From Nitrosopumilus sp. (GTDB lineage: Archaea; Thermoproteota; Nitrososphaeria; Nitrososphaerales; Nitrosopumilaceae), in contig OZ241857.1 in NCBI GenBank assembly GCA_965203315.1, positions 1,728,001 through 1,792,000 of the forward strand: a DNA stretch of 64,000 bases. The letters are read 5' to 3'. A program made the position numbers and the translations under genes. The notes beneath the pieces are model-generated. The model was not told the origin of the DNA, did no database searches, and was given only the letters and a program-made list of their open reading frames with translations. Below are positions 9,523-19,768 of the stretch, one piece after another (position 1 is the stretch's first letter; the number at the start of each line of letters is the position of its first letter).

Positions 9523-10857
9523 TTGAAGATCAAGAGTATTCTAATTGCGGGTACAAGTAGTGGTGTGGGCAAGACCTCTATAACTTGTGGTATCATACAT
9601 GCTCTAAAACAACGTGGCTACTCTGTGCAGCCCTTCAAAGCAGGACCTGATTATATTGATCCTCTATATCTGTCTCTTGTGTCTGATACTAGTACATATA
9701 ATTTAGACGCATGGGTGATGGGTAAAGATCGTGTACGTTCTAGTTTTGCGAACCACTCGAGATCAGATATTTCCATAATTGAAGGTGTTATGGGATACTA
9801 TGATGGTTTTAGATGGAAGGACTATGCCAGTACACATCACATCGCAACGTTGACAAACTCGCCCACAATTATGGTTCTTGACGCAAGCAAGTCTTCGGCC
9901 TCGGTCGCAGCAACCGCGTTGGGTTTTTTACGTTATCATAGAAAATCAAATATCGTTGGCGTGATTCTCAACAAGTTGGGTAGTCAGAAACACGCAGACA
10001 TATGTCGAGTAGCTCTAAGAGGTGTCCGTGTTCCAGTAGTGGGAATGATTCCAAACGATCCAGATCTCTCCATGCAGTCAAGGCACCTGGGTCTATTATC
10101 GACATTATCCAAACCTATGACACAAAACATACAGCGTATTGCAAAACAGATATCTAGTTATATTCATGTACCGCGATTACTACAAGTCATCGGTTCGTCT
10201 GATCATAATCCATCAGTACAGAAACAAAAGAAACCGACTGTTACGATTGCAGTTGCACTAGACTCGTCATTCAACTTTTACTATCAAGATAATTTGGATG
10301 CGTTACGTCGTGAAGGTGCAGTACTAGAGTTCTTTAGTCCTGTCAAGTCAAAACGAGTTCCCAAGTGTGATGGACTGTATATTGGAGGTGGTTTTCCCGA
10401 GATTCTTGGTAAAGATCTAGAAAAGAATGAAGAGATAAAGAAAACGATCAAACGATTGGCCGAGGACGGCCTTCCGATATACGCAGAGTGTGGTGGATTA
10501 ATGTACTTGACAAAGTCTATTCAATACGATGAAAAAAAGTACAAGATGGTTGGACTATTTGATGCATATACGCAAATGACCAAATCTATGGTACTAAACT
10601 ATACTGAAGGTGGCATGGCCAACTCTGTAATCTCTGACTCGCATCGTAAATTTAGAGGTCACGAGTTTCATTATTCCAAGATCGATCTTGCCACCGACTC
10701 GAGACTCATATACAAATTACGTTTTGGTGTCGGTATAAATGGCCGAGATGGACTAGTACAAGATATGACGCTGGCGTCGTATGGTCATCTATACTTTGAT
10801 AGTGGTAAATATGCTGATGCATTTGTACAAAATTGTCTTCGATACAAGAAACTATGA
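9523..10857 (+). CDS. cbiA: Cobyrinate a,c-diamide synthase
   Basis: SGVGKT, FKAGPDYIDP, EGVMGYYDG, GATase motifs AECGG and GHEFHYS. Confidence 0.95.
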   Translation: MKIKSILIAGTSSGVGKTSITCGIIHALKQRGYSVQPFKAGPDYIDPLYLSLVSDTSTYNLDAWVMGKDRVRSSFANHSRSDISIIEGVMGYYDGFRWKDYASTHHIATLTNSPTIMVLDASKSSASVAATALGFLRYHRKSNIVGVILNKLGSQKHADICRVALRGVRVPVVGMIPNDPDLSMQSRHLGLLSTLSKPMTQNIQRIAKQISSYIHVPRLLQVIGSSDHNPSVQKQKKPTVTIAVALDSSFNFYYQDNLDALRREGAVLEFFSPVKSKRVPKCDGLYIGGGFPEILGKDLEKNEEIKKTIKRLAEDGLPIYAECGGLMYLTKSIQYDEKKYKMVGLFDAYTQMTKSMVLNYTEGGMANSVISDSHRKFRGHEFHYSKIDLATDSRLIYKLRFGVGINGRDGLVQDMTLASYGHLYFDSGKYADAFVQNCLRYKKL

Positions 10858-11481
10858 TCCGCGAATCAACTTGAATATTGCATTTATGATGGCGGATGCG
10901 GACGAGCTCCCTCCCTTTCTACCGACATTTGTAATAAACGGCACTTGTGTTTGAGCAAGCTCTTCTTTTGACTCTGCAGCACAGATGAACCCAACTGGAA
11001 TCCCGACGATCAGTGCTGGTCTTACTAGCTGCTCTCTAGTCATCTTGATGACCTCTTGTAGCGCTGTAGGAGCATTGCCTATAACTACTACTCCTCCATC
11101 TATATGTGAACTAGATATTCTCATCGATACCTCGGATCTGGTCTTTCCTTGACTCTTTGCTTGCGTCATGACTTTAGGATCTGATATATTGCATACTAGA
11201 TCATTCCCAAAGTCTTTGATATTCTGTTTGTTTAACCCTCCTATCACTCCATTGACATCGACAACGATACTACAACCATCTTTTAGTGCAGACATGCCAC
11301 TGTCTATCGCATCTCTATGAAATAACAGTCTATTCTCTCGAGCAAAATCAAAGTCAGCAGTAGCATGAATGACTCGTCGTACTATTGGCCACTCTCTCTC
11401 GTTATAATGATGTGTACCGATCTCTGCATCTATCATCTTCATACTGGCATCTTCTATAGATTGGCCTCTCCTAGTCTGCAT
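10852..11481 (-). CDS. cbiC: Precorrin-8X methylmutase
   Basis: RRVIHATADF, IGNAPTAL, PVGF, GRKGGS. Confidence 0.95.
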   Translation of the reverse strand: MQTRRGQSIEDASMKMIDAEIGTHHYNEREWPIVRRVIHATADFDFARENRLLFHRDAIDSGMSALKDGCSIVVDVNGVIGGLNKQNIKDFGNDLVCNISDPKVMTQAKSQGKTRSEVSMRISSSHIDGGVVVIGNAPTALQEVIKMTREQLVRPALIVGIPVGFICAAESKEELAQTQVPFITNVGRKGGSSSASAIINAIFKLIRGS

Positions 11482-12223
11482 CTTGTACCTCTCGTGCTCT
11501 CTCTATTATTAGATCGATAATCTTCTCGTCAGTACCTATATGTTTTGTAGTAAAGACACTCTCTAGTCCGGACTCTTCCAATGCTGGAAGAAGATCGTTG
11601 TTGATATCGGTCTTTACATGTGCACCTTCATGTAAAAAGTAAAAGACTATGACCAGTACCTTTGGTTTGTCCTCCTTGCAGCGTTGTATACCCTGAATGA
11701 TATTTGGTTCTTCGATCTCTAGCCAGCAACGACTTACATTTCTAAAGGTACCTTCAAGTTCGTTGACTATATAGTTGAGTGATCTCTGTGCATTAGGATC
11801 TTTGCTGCCGTGACCAATTATCATCACATCAACTTCTCTGTTTGGAACGGTTATATAGTTCTCAGACAATGTCGTTTCTACTCTGTTTTGTACAATCTCT
11901 ACTAACGTATGATGCATGCTCATCGGTTTTGTTATCAAGAACTTGATCTCTGTATCCTTTTGAAACTCCATCACATTTGTGACTGCCATCTTTACCTTTC
12001 TTCCGGGATACAAAAAATACGGAACAACGATCAACTCATCTATGTCTCGCTTTATACATCTCGATATGCCGTCATCGATGTATGGTGGTTCCACTTCTAG
12101 AAAACAGTAATCAACGAATACATATTTGGACTTTGCAGCGATGCCGCTACAGATGAACTCGAGCTCTTCGGACGCCTCTCTCTGTCTACTGCCACGATCA
12201 ATTAGTAAGAGCCCACGTTTCAA
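11471..12223 (-). CDS. cbiX: Sirohydrochlorin cobaltochelatase (two CbiX domains)
   Basis: RGSR..FLE..VPYFL and GHGS..FLHEGAHVKTDI. Confidence 0.9.
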   Translation of the reverse strand: MKRGLLLIDRGSRQREASEELEFICSGIAAKSKYVFVDYCFLEVEPPYIDDGISRCIKRDIDELIVVPYFLYPGRKVKMAVTNVMEFQKDTEIKFLITKPMSMHHTLVEIVQNRVETTLSENYITVPNREVDVMIIGHGSKDPNAQRSLNYIVNELEGTFRNVSRCWLEIEEPNIIQGIQRCKEDKPKVLVIVFYFLHEGAHVKTDINNDLLPALEESGLESVFTTKHIGTDEKIIDLIIERAREVQDAD

Positions 12224-13278
12224 TCTACTATCCTCGCTATCGCTATTGTTAGATCTGGTGGAAATTTCTGTTTTTCGACTATCAACTTGCCTCCAGAAGA
12301 CAGTAGAGCTGCAGCCTCTGATACACTAGGTGTTCCTTCAAATGCTTTTACAGTATTGGATGGATTTGGTGTTGTAATCTTAGTCAACTCTTCTCGTTCG
12401 ATGTATTGTACTGGAACCTCGAGTTCTCGACCTGCATCTACAAGTCCTTGAATATCTTGTGGCTTTTTGATCGATACCAATCTTGCCACAGATCGAATAT
12501 CTAACTTGAATTTTTTCATACAATGATTGATTCCTGCTAGTATGGTATCTTTTGATGTATCTCGATGAAGTCCTACACCTACAACTAGGCTTGGAGGTCT
12601 ATAAACAACAGTATCTGATATGTGATTCTCTATTATTCGATCTGATATGATCAAATGTGCAACACAATCAGAGTTGAATAACTCTTCTATGGTATTGTAT
12701 ACTGTCACATTCTTTGGCAGTTGTTTGTACCACTCTCCTCCTGCGTCCTGAAAGACACCAATCTCTTCTTCGTTTACCATGTGTGCACTAACTCTGGTAA
12801 CTGTAGAGTCATCTTGAATCTTCCATCCAATATCTCTCCCTACTAGATCAACTGCTATTGTCTTGTTGACATCAGCTGCCGTAGTTATGACTGATATTGC
12901 GCCAATCTCGTTTGCAATCTTGTTAGCCAATTCGTTGGCTCCACCAATGTGGCCAGATAAGACGCTGATCACAAATGTTGCCTTGTCGTCTATAACAATA
13001 ATTGCAGGATCTGTCTTTTTGTCTTGTAAATGTGGTGCTATGAGTCTAATTACTGCACCTAGCGAGAAGAGACATATCAGAGCATCGCTATCATTGAACA
13101 GTTTTACAATCTTTGTTGATGTCTGTTCGTCATAGTATGAGATGCACTCGTCTCCTGTAAACTTTGTCGGAGCATATACAGACCATGTTGGAAATAACAA
13201 CTTTAATCTTTTACCTATATCTATGCCGTTCTTTGTAATTGCCAGAACTGATATCTTCACAAATGTTGCTCTAGTCAA
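12220..13278 (-). CDS. cbiG: Cobalt-precorrin-5A hydrolase
   Basis: DKKTDPAIIVID, LSGHIGGAN, ITTAAD, SVSEAAA. Confidence 0.94.
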   Translation of the reverse strand: MTRATFVKISVLAITKNGIDIGKRLKLLFPTWSVYAPTKFTGDECISYYDEQTSTKIVKLFNDSDALICLFSLGAVIRLIAPHLQDKKTDPAIIVIDDKATFVISVLSGHIGGANELANKIANEIGAISVITTAADVNKTIAVDLVGRDIGWKIQDDSTVTRVSAHMVNEEEIGVFQDAGGEWYKQLPKNVTVYNTIEELFNSDCVAHLIISDRIIENHISDTVVYRPPSLVVGVGLHRDTSKDTILAGINHCMKKFKLDIRSVARLVSIKKPQDIQGLVDAGRELEVPVQYIEREELTKITTPNPSNTVKAFEGTPSVSEAAALLSSGGKLIVEKQKFPPDLTIAIARIVD

Positions 13279-14363
13279 TTTAATAAAATACCTTTGTTAC
13301 TGGCAAGTATCTTACCTTCAAAGTCAAATAGAATCACTTCGATCTCAACTCTCCCGTCCACATGTTGCGCCATATGTGCACCCACCTTTTCACATATGGA
13401 TTCAAAGAATCCTTTTGTACTGCTCTCTGATATGATCTCTGATACATGTCTTGCTGTATTTGCTGATCTTATCTTTTGTATTATAGAGTCGTCAGCACCA
13501 ACATCTGTAGCTAGTGCTGCAAGAAAACTCATGTCGACTTTGGAACCTTTAACATGGGTCTGCTTCACACCAGCTGCCATCTTTGCCAACTTGCCAATAA
13601 ATCCAACAACGTATGCCTTCTTGATTCTCTTTTTACTACACTGCCCTATGGTATATCCTACAAAGTCTCCCATCTGAACAAAGCAATGTTCTGGCAGTTC
13701 AATGATATTTTTTGCATAGTCTTCACTTCTGCTACCTGTAGTTAATACAACTGTATCATTGCCCATGGCAATGACCACATCAAGATTCTGTCGTATAGAT
13801 GCCGCATACGATGCGGTAGAGAATGGAACAACTATTCCACTAGTTCCTAGAATGGATATTCCTCCTTTGATTCCAATCCTTGGATTGTCTGTTTTTGGTC
13901 CCAACTCTTCACCTTTTGGAACAGATATCAAGATATCTACTCCATGCTCTTCAAATATGTCCTCAAAACTCACTCTGAGATTCTCTGCGATCATCTTCTT
14001 TGGAACAGGATTAATTGCAGCACTTCCGATCTCTAATCCCAGACCAGGCTTTGTAACGCGACCAACACCGGTACCTCCTTCTATCTTAATCTGACCTTTC
14101 TGTTTAGTGAGTACTAGATCAACTACAATCTCTGCTCCATGTGTAACGTCTGGATCATCTCCACCATCCTTGATCACTATGCATCTTGACTTGTCTGAAT
14201 CATATGTACATGATTCAATTGGAATGACGATACTGCTCTTTTTAGGAAGGACTATCTCTACTTTTGATATCTCTCTCTGTTCTTTGATGGATAATAGTGC
14301 CGCCTTTGCTGCCGCTGTGGCTGAACTTCCTGTAGTGTATCCTGTTCGTAGTCTATCTGCCAT
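13275..14363 (-). CDS. cbiD: Cobalt-precorrin-5B C1-methyltransferase
   Basis: GYTTGSSATAA, KDGGDDPDVTHG, AINPVP, GGISILGTSG. Confidence 0.96.
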   Translation of the reverse strand: MADRLRTGYTTGSSATAAAKAALLSIKEQREISKVEIVLPKKSSIVIPIESCTYDSDKSRCIVIKDGGDDPDVTHGAEIVVDLVLTKQKGQIKIEGGTGVGRVTKPGLGLEIGSAAINPVPKKMIAENLRVSFEDIFEEHGVDILISVPKGEELGPKTDNPRIGIKGGISILGTSGIVVPFSTASYAASIRQNLDVVIAMGNDTVVLTTGSRSEDYAKNIIELPEHCFVQMGDFVGYTIGQCSKKRIKKAYVVGFIGKLAKMAAGVKQTHVKGSKVDMSFLAALATDVGADDSIIQKIRSANTARHVSEIISESSTKGFFESICEKVGAHMAQHVDGRVEIEVILFDFEGKILASNKGILLN

Positions 14364-14448
14364 CGATTGAATATTTCCACTTTATCGTATTAATCCTTGT
14401 ATCTATTCTAAAACCAGTAATAGTTATCACATTTCTATAGGTGTGCTA

Positions 14449-14611
14449 GGCTCTGTTGGTGGGGTTGGTAGTTTTGACGAAATTCTCAAAATTTTACAAA
14501 ATATGAAAACAGTCTTGTATTGTCTATTGTACATTCCATTTTTTTAGATTGCATAACATACGTTTCTTGAGATAGTGTCGGTTCGATCTCAGCCTCCAAG
14601 TTACTAAAACC
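14449..14611. mobile_element. Degenerate MITE family A copy
   Basis: Colinear similarity to 40182-40355 (ggttgg...aaattctc.aaaatttt.caaaatatg.aaac...ttgagat...cgatctc...aacc). Confidence 0.65.
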
Positions 14612-14621
14612 TACAAGATAC

Positions 14622-14647
14622 TTTTATAAGATACGGGGGGGGGGGGG
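14622..14647 (+). promoter_or_regulatory. TATA box (TTTTATAA) followed by a G13 homopolymer
   Basis: cttttataagatac-G13-agtaatta-TTG; TATA lies about 26 nt upstream of the start codon. Confidence 0.7.
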
Positions 14648-14655
14648 AGTAATTA

Positions 14656-17600
14656 TTGAGTAAGCGCCGTCTGATCCCTTTTCTAGCCTTGTTGACAGTT
14701 GTACCACTCTTACTAGTTGATCTAGATGATGCGTTTGGGGCGGTTATACCTCCGTATCCATACCCTGCTGTACCGGGTGTAAACCCACCAGGTGGTTTAC
14801 GTACTGATATCCATTCTAATGGATTAGTACTTACCCCCAATAGTGATAATAGCAGAAATATTGCTCTCACCACTAGTATTAATCATTCTAGAATTGACCC
14901 CTCCTATGCACCTGAAGGAGACATTACCATAGACAAAGGCACAAAGATACTACCAAACTCTGCATTGACTTCAATTAGTTGTACACTCACGTTTGGAGTA
15001 AACAACGTTGGTGCCAATCCATCTAATAACATTCACGAGTATGCTAAACTACCTACTGATGTAGATGACCGCACTTATACCAATTTACCTGAAAGCGATG
15101 TTAAAGTAATAGGTGTAGACTTTAAAGAATATTCCCATGGCTGCGACGTCTCTGCTCTTACCACTGCAAACTCTACCAATGAACCACTACTCACAGACAA
15201 ATCTATGAGAGTTACGATTTATGGTCAGGCTGGCAAAAAGGCATTCTTTACCTCACACTTTGAAAATATCACCAAAGCTCAACTGATCCCAGAGTGTACT
15301 AGTGCAAACTTTGACAACAGTACCAAACAACTCAAAGGACAAACTCGCATGTGTCACGGTACATACGGTAATCATCTGATTATCATAACAACGCAAATAG
15401 GAGAGTATGGTGCTACTAGTACAATTATTCCACCAGATATACTAACGATACCGCCACTGGGTAGCGTGTTACCTGCCTTTGGTGTTACAGAATTTACATC
15501 CGATCCTGATAATGACGGTCAGTTATATCGATTCTACCCCGCCGGCAGATACGCAGATTCTGGTGGCAAGCATGATATCTATATACAAGAGAATACTCGT
15601 ACACTCGTAACCAGTCTATTCACTGGTGTTGACGATTATAGTTGTAGTGCAAGAGTTGGTAATTTTCCACATCTGATCAATAACAATTATGTTCCAAATC
15701 TTGCAATACCAAATAACATTAGTCCCAAAACTACTGACAGTATAATTGCCGTTGGTCTGAACTTTTACAACGGTACTAAGCCAGGATCATCCTGTTCGCC
15801 AGATATAGAGGCTACTTCTAAACAACCACTAATAACCGACAAGGACATGAGAGTCACCATATACAACAATATAGACAAAAAGCCATACTATTTCTCACCA
15901 CGTGACGGAATACTACAAGCTCAACCAATTCCTGCATGTACGACTGATATAATCGATACAAGCAACAACAATGCCCTCAAAAGTAACAATTCAATGTGTT
16001 ATGGCATAAATGGAACTGGCAGCGGCGCATCTATTGTTATAGTTACAAAACATCTGACTGGATTTTATGGCGTGGCAACCTCTATCACTGACCCAACAAA
16101 TCCTATGAAATTTCAATATGGTGGAGCAACTGTACCTCTTGTAGATAAAAGTACACTACTAGACATACCGCCAATCGGCAGCTTGACACCAAGTTTCAAG
16201 ATTATGCAATTTAAATCAGACACTAGTAATGACGGTCAGGTATATCAAACACAAGACACCGCTAGATATCAAAATTCTGACAAAAAGTATGATATCTATA
16301 TGGAACAGAACGCTCGTACACTCGTAACCTCTCTATTCGCCGGTGTCGATGATTTTAGTTGCATGGCAAGGGTCACTCATATTCCAGGTTTGATCACTGA
16401 CAACCGTGTTCCAAATCTTGCAGCTCCTGCCAACATACAACCTAGGCTTGTTAGCAGTTTAGATGCAGTCGGACTAGACTTTTACAATGGTTCTGACATA
16501 GGATCATCATGTTCACCAAATATGGAGACTCTCTCTGAACAACCGCTAATACTCGATAAAGATATGCGAATCACCATGTCTGATACAGACAAGCATGTAT
16601 ACTATTTCTCACCACGTGATGGAATACTAGAGGCACAACCAATTCCTGCATGTACATCTGATATAATCGATAGAGACAATAACAATGCTCTCAAAAGTGG
16701 CAATACAATGTGTTACGGCGTAAATGCAACCACTGGTCCAAAATCTATTGTTATAGTTACAAAGTGTCTGACTGGATTTTATGGTGCGACTGGTACTCTC
16801 TTTGTACCTACAAAATCTGTAAATCCTAACAACATGTGTGGCAAGTCTACAAGTAATGGCTCTGGCGATGACTATTTAGCCACTGCACCAACATTTGGCA
16901 GATCACAATTCACAGGCGAACAAGTCGTAACCTGTGGCTACAAGATGGACGACACTTGCCGTGATGTTACTGCATATCATGTCCAGTACGAACGAAACAC
17001 AATCCAAACAAACACAACACACACATTTGCTCTAAAAGCACACGCACCAAATCTGTTAAACAATGTAATGCTGGCGTTCAGTGTACCTGCAGTTGGTGCT
17101 CCAATGAGTACAGCTGAAGCATACATTTCCATAAATCTTGGAATAAACTATAGTGAACCATCATACCACTATATCACAGATGTTACCATACACGATCCAA
17201 ACAACATCATAGACTATGACATACAGACCACAACCGTATCCAAGGTATCATGTTCAGGTGGTGCACTAGAATGTATCCAAGTAACCATTCCGGATGTACT
17301 ATTCCGTGAAGTAATGAATCACGAACCCTTTGCTATACAAGTAACAGACACACTAGGACTAACATCCATAAACTACATGAACGAAGGCGTCTTTGTTGAA
17401 GGTCCATCACTAAATGCACCGCCAACTGTACAGCCAGGCCTAACACTATCTCGTGATGATGGTCGGCCAGTAAACTTGGTACTGGTCCGTACAGACAAGG
17501 TATCTGATCTATGGGCAGACGCATTTGGCAACACGTGGAGTCGCAACTCGTTTGGTCACTTTGTCATAGTACAATATGCACCATACGCAGGTACCACTCC

Positions 17601-17811
17601 AGTATGTACAGACATCAATGACAGAATATGTACACCATTCAAGATCAAACTCGACTGGCACAACCAAAAGATGATCGAGCTGCGTGACTCGTTATACGAT
17701 GCATACAAGACAAAAGCATACGCCGAGATCGACAACATATTCACATACGAGTTTGGCGATATGGACTCTCGCACTAGAACACTGATCAATCTGGGCTGGC
17801 TAATCGAGTAG
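14656..17811 (+). CDS. Large secreted/surface protein with Cys-containing internal repeats
   Basis: Signal peptide MSKRRLIPFLALL...AFG; T/N/S-rich; two about 239-aa repeats plus a diverged N-terminal copy; GSG linker followed by an APTFG C-terminal region. Confidence 0.85.
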   Translation: MSKRRLIPFLALLTVVPLLLVDLDDAFGAVIPPYPYPAVPGVNPPGGLRTDIHSNGLVLTPNSDNSRNIALTTSINHSRIDPSYAPEGDITIDKGTKILPNSALTSISCTLTFGVNNVGANPSNNIHEYAKLPTDVDDRTYTNLPESDVKVIGVDFKEYSHGCDVSALTTANSTNEPLLTDKSMRVTIYGQAGKKAFFTSHFENITKAQLIPECTSANFDNSTKQLKGQTRMCHGTYGNHLIIITTQIGEYGATSTIIPPDILTIPPLGSVLPAFGVTEFTSDPDNDGQLYRFYPAGRYADSGGKHDIYIQENTRTLVTSLFTGVDDYSCSARVGNFPHLINNNYVPNLAIPNNISPKTTDSIIAVGLNFYNGTKPGSSCSPDIEATSKQPLITDKDMRVTIYNNIDKKPYYFSPRDGILQAQPIPACTTDIIDTSNNNALKSNNSMCYGINGTGSGASIVIVTKHLTGFYGVATSITDPTNPMKFQYGGATVPLVDKSTLLDIPPIGSLTPSFKIMQFKSDTSNDGQVYQTQDTARYQNSDKKYDIYMEQNARTLVTSLFAGVDDFSCMARVTHIPGLITDNRVPNLAAPANIQPRLVSSLDAVGLDFYNGSDIGSSCSPNMETLSEQPLILDKDMRITMSDTDKHVYYFSPRDGILEAQPIPACTSDIIDRDNNNALKSGNTMCYGVNATTGPKSIVIVTKCLTGFYGATGTLFVPTKSVNPNNMCGKSTSNGSGDDYLATAPTFGRSQFTGEQVVTCGYKMDDTCRDVTAYHVQYERNTIQTNTTHTFALKAHAPNLLNNVMLAFSVPAVGAPMSTAEAYISINLGINYSEPSYHYITDVTIHDPNNIIDYDIQTTTVSKVSCSGGALECIQVTIPDVLFREVMNHEPFAIQVTDTLGLTSINYMNEGVFVEGPSLNAPPTVQPGLTLSRDDGRPVNLVLVRTDKVSDLWADAFGNTWSRNSFGHFVIVQYAPYAGTTPVCTDINDRICTPFKIKLDWHNQKMIELRDSLYDAYKTKAYAEIDNIFTYEFGDMDSRTRTLINLGWLIE

Positions 17812-18150
17812 GTCTGCGTCTCTCAAATCTTGTTTGTCAAGTATTAATTAATCAATTGTTAAATCATTGTCTGACTTTACATACGACGTATGGTCAATCA
17901 ATTTTAGATATGAAATTTAGTCTGTAACGCATATGGTATATTCATCTTGAGATCTGATTTTTATGATCATCTTGTGTAGCGACAAATCCTTCAAAAGACG
18001 CATCTTTGGATATGAGTTGTGCTAGTCAAATTTATCATCAACATTCCTGCAAAATTTTTCAAGAACTGATGGCCTTTGTCGACTTTTTACAAAATTCAAA
18101 TTAATCTTCACTTAACGTATATAAGAGAAGGTCAAAACTCGGTCTTTGTA

Positions 18151-18633
18151 ATGACATATTCAAAGATCCTGAGACGTTTACGTGAAGAAAAGACCAACTA
18201 TAAAAAACGCGCAACTATGTTGATGGGTAAACGCGACTTTATCACAGTAAATATAACTAATGAGAATACTCTTGTTCAGATACTAAAGCCTGGTATGACG
18301 GGCGATCATGTGATTGCATCAGCTCATTCTAGATATCTATTAGAAAAAGGGTGGCATGGATCTAGAAAGAACATTTCTGCAGCATATCTGACAGGCTATG
18401 TGGCAGGCAAACGCGCATTGGGCAAGGGCGCAAACAATGCAATTCTTTATACAGGTACCAGAAAATATACGCAGAGAATGGCCGCTGCACTAAAAGGCGT
18501 TATAGATGCTGGCGTTGAGGTACCTGCTAATCCTAAGACATTTCCAGACGATACTCGTCTAAGTGGTAACCATCTTGCTGTAAAAAACGATATCTCTAAG
18601 ATAAAATCTGAGATCGATAGTGAGGTTAGATGA
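18151..18633 (+). CDS. rpl18: 50S ribosomal protein L18
   Basis: RRLREEKTNYKKR, NISAAYLTG. Confidence 0.95.
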   Translation: MTYSKILRRLREEKTNYKKRATMLMGKRDFITVNITNENTLVQILKPGMTGDHVIASAHSRYLLEKGWHGSRKNISAAYLTGYVAGKRALGKGANNAILYTGTRKYTQRMAAALKGVIDAGVEVPANPKTFPDDTRLSGNHLAVKNDISKIKSEIDSEVR

Positions 18634-18635
18634 TA

Positions 18636-19295
18636 ATGAGTCCTGCTATGCAATCTAGATCGCAGTCACGTGAAGGTCGTTCAAGGCGCAGACGTGAACA
18701 AGAAGAAGATGTATGGGTGCCAAAGACTGTTCTAGGCAAGCGTGTAAACTCTGGCGAGATCACATCACTCGAAGAGATCATCGAATCTGGACTACGTATT
18801 CAAGAGTCTGGAATAATTAAGAAACTATTGCCTGATCTCACGAGTGAGGTAGTCGACGTTGGAATAATTCAAAAGATGACATCAAACGGACAATCTACTA
18901 GATTCAAGGCAATAGTTGCTGCAGGAAACGAGAATGGCTATCTAGGTATAGGTCAGGGTAAATCAAAACAGATGCGAATCGCTATCGAAAAGGCAACCAA
19001 TCAAGCATATCTGAACATAAATCCGATCAAGATGGGTTGTGGTAGTTGGGAATGTCGTTGCGATCAAAAGCACTCTGTACCATTCAAAGTTCGTGGCAAG
19101 GGCGGTAGTGTTACAATCGAGATCATTCCAGCTCCGAGAGGGCTAGGTCTGGTTGCGGGTGGCAAGATAAAGCGCCTCTTGGAACTTGCTGGATTAAAGG
19201 ATGCATGGACTACTGCAAAAGGCTCTACACCAACAATGAACTCTACATCAAAAGCCATATTGGACTGTCTTCGACAGACATTTAGTCAAGGTTGA
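18636..19295 (+). CDS. rps5: 30S ribosomal protein S5
   Basis: WVPKTVLG, GCGSWEC, PAPRGLGL. Confidence 0.96.
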   Translation: MSPAMQSRSQSREGRSRRRREQEEDVWVPKTVLGKRVNSGEITSLEEIIESGLRIQESGIIKKLLPDLTSEVVDVGIIQKMTSNGQSTRFKAIVAAGNENGYLGIGQGKSKQMRIAIEKATNQAYLNINPIKMGCGSWECRCDQKHSVPFKVRGKGGSVTIEIIPAPRGLGLVAGGKIKRLLELAGLKDAWTTAKGSTPTMNSTSKAILDCLRQTFSQG

Positions 19296-19299
19296 TACA

Positions 19300-19767
19300 A
19301 TGACAAAAGCATATCTGGTTGTTCGTATTCGAGGTCAAGCTGATGTTCCTTACTGGGCGACTTATACAATGTCTCTATTAAAATTAGATAAAAAGTACAG
19401 AGCAACCATCCTTCCTGCACGTGAGAATACTCTTGGAATGCTCAAAAAGGTTCAACACTACGTCTCTTGGTTCGAGTTGGATACATCATTGGCAAAAGAA
19501 CTCTTGGACAAAAAGGCACGTAAATCTGGCTACAAAAAGATAACCCTCGACGATATTCAATCTCTTGGTTTTTCAAGTATAGATGACCTAGCAACTGCCT
19601 TGTCTGAAGGCAGAGCAGTACTATCTAAATTAAAACCGCTCAAACCATGGTTTGCTCTATCGCCTCCTAGGTTTGGGTTTAAGCGTAGTACCAAACGACT
19701 ATATGGACAGAGAGGCATATTGGGTCAAAACAGAGATCTAGATAAATTGGTAAGGAATATGATGTAA
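19300..19767 (+). CDS. rpl30: 50S ribosomal protein L30
   Basis: LVVRIRG, LSPPRFGF; operon position. Confidence 0.95.
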   Translation: MTKAYLVVRIRGQADVPYWATYTMSLLKLDKKYRATILPARENTLGMLKKVQHYVSWFELDTSLAKELLDKKARKSGYKKITLDDIQSLGFSSIDDLATALSEGRAVLSKLKPLKPWFALSPPRFGFKRSTKRLYGQRGILGQNRDLDKLVRNMM

Positions 19768-19768
19768 T

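Noticed and set aside
9217-9523. Cobalamin riboswitch upstream of the cob genes
   Set aside because: No recognisable B12-box motifs; the gap is explained by a MITE.
14656-17811. Diversity-generating retroelement template/variable repeat pair within the surface protein
   Set aside because: Differences between the repeats are not adenine-specific, and no reverse transcriptase is present in the window.
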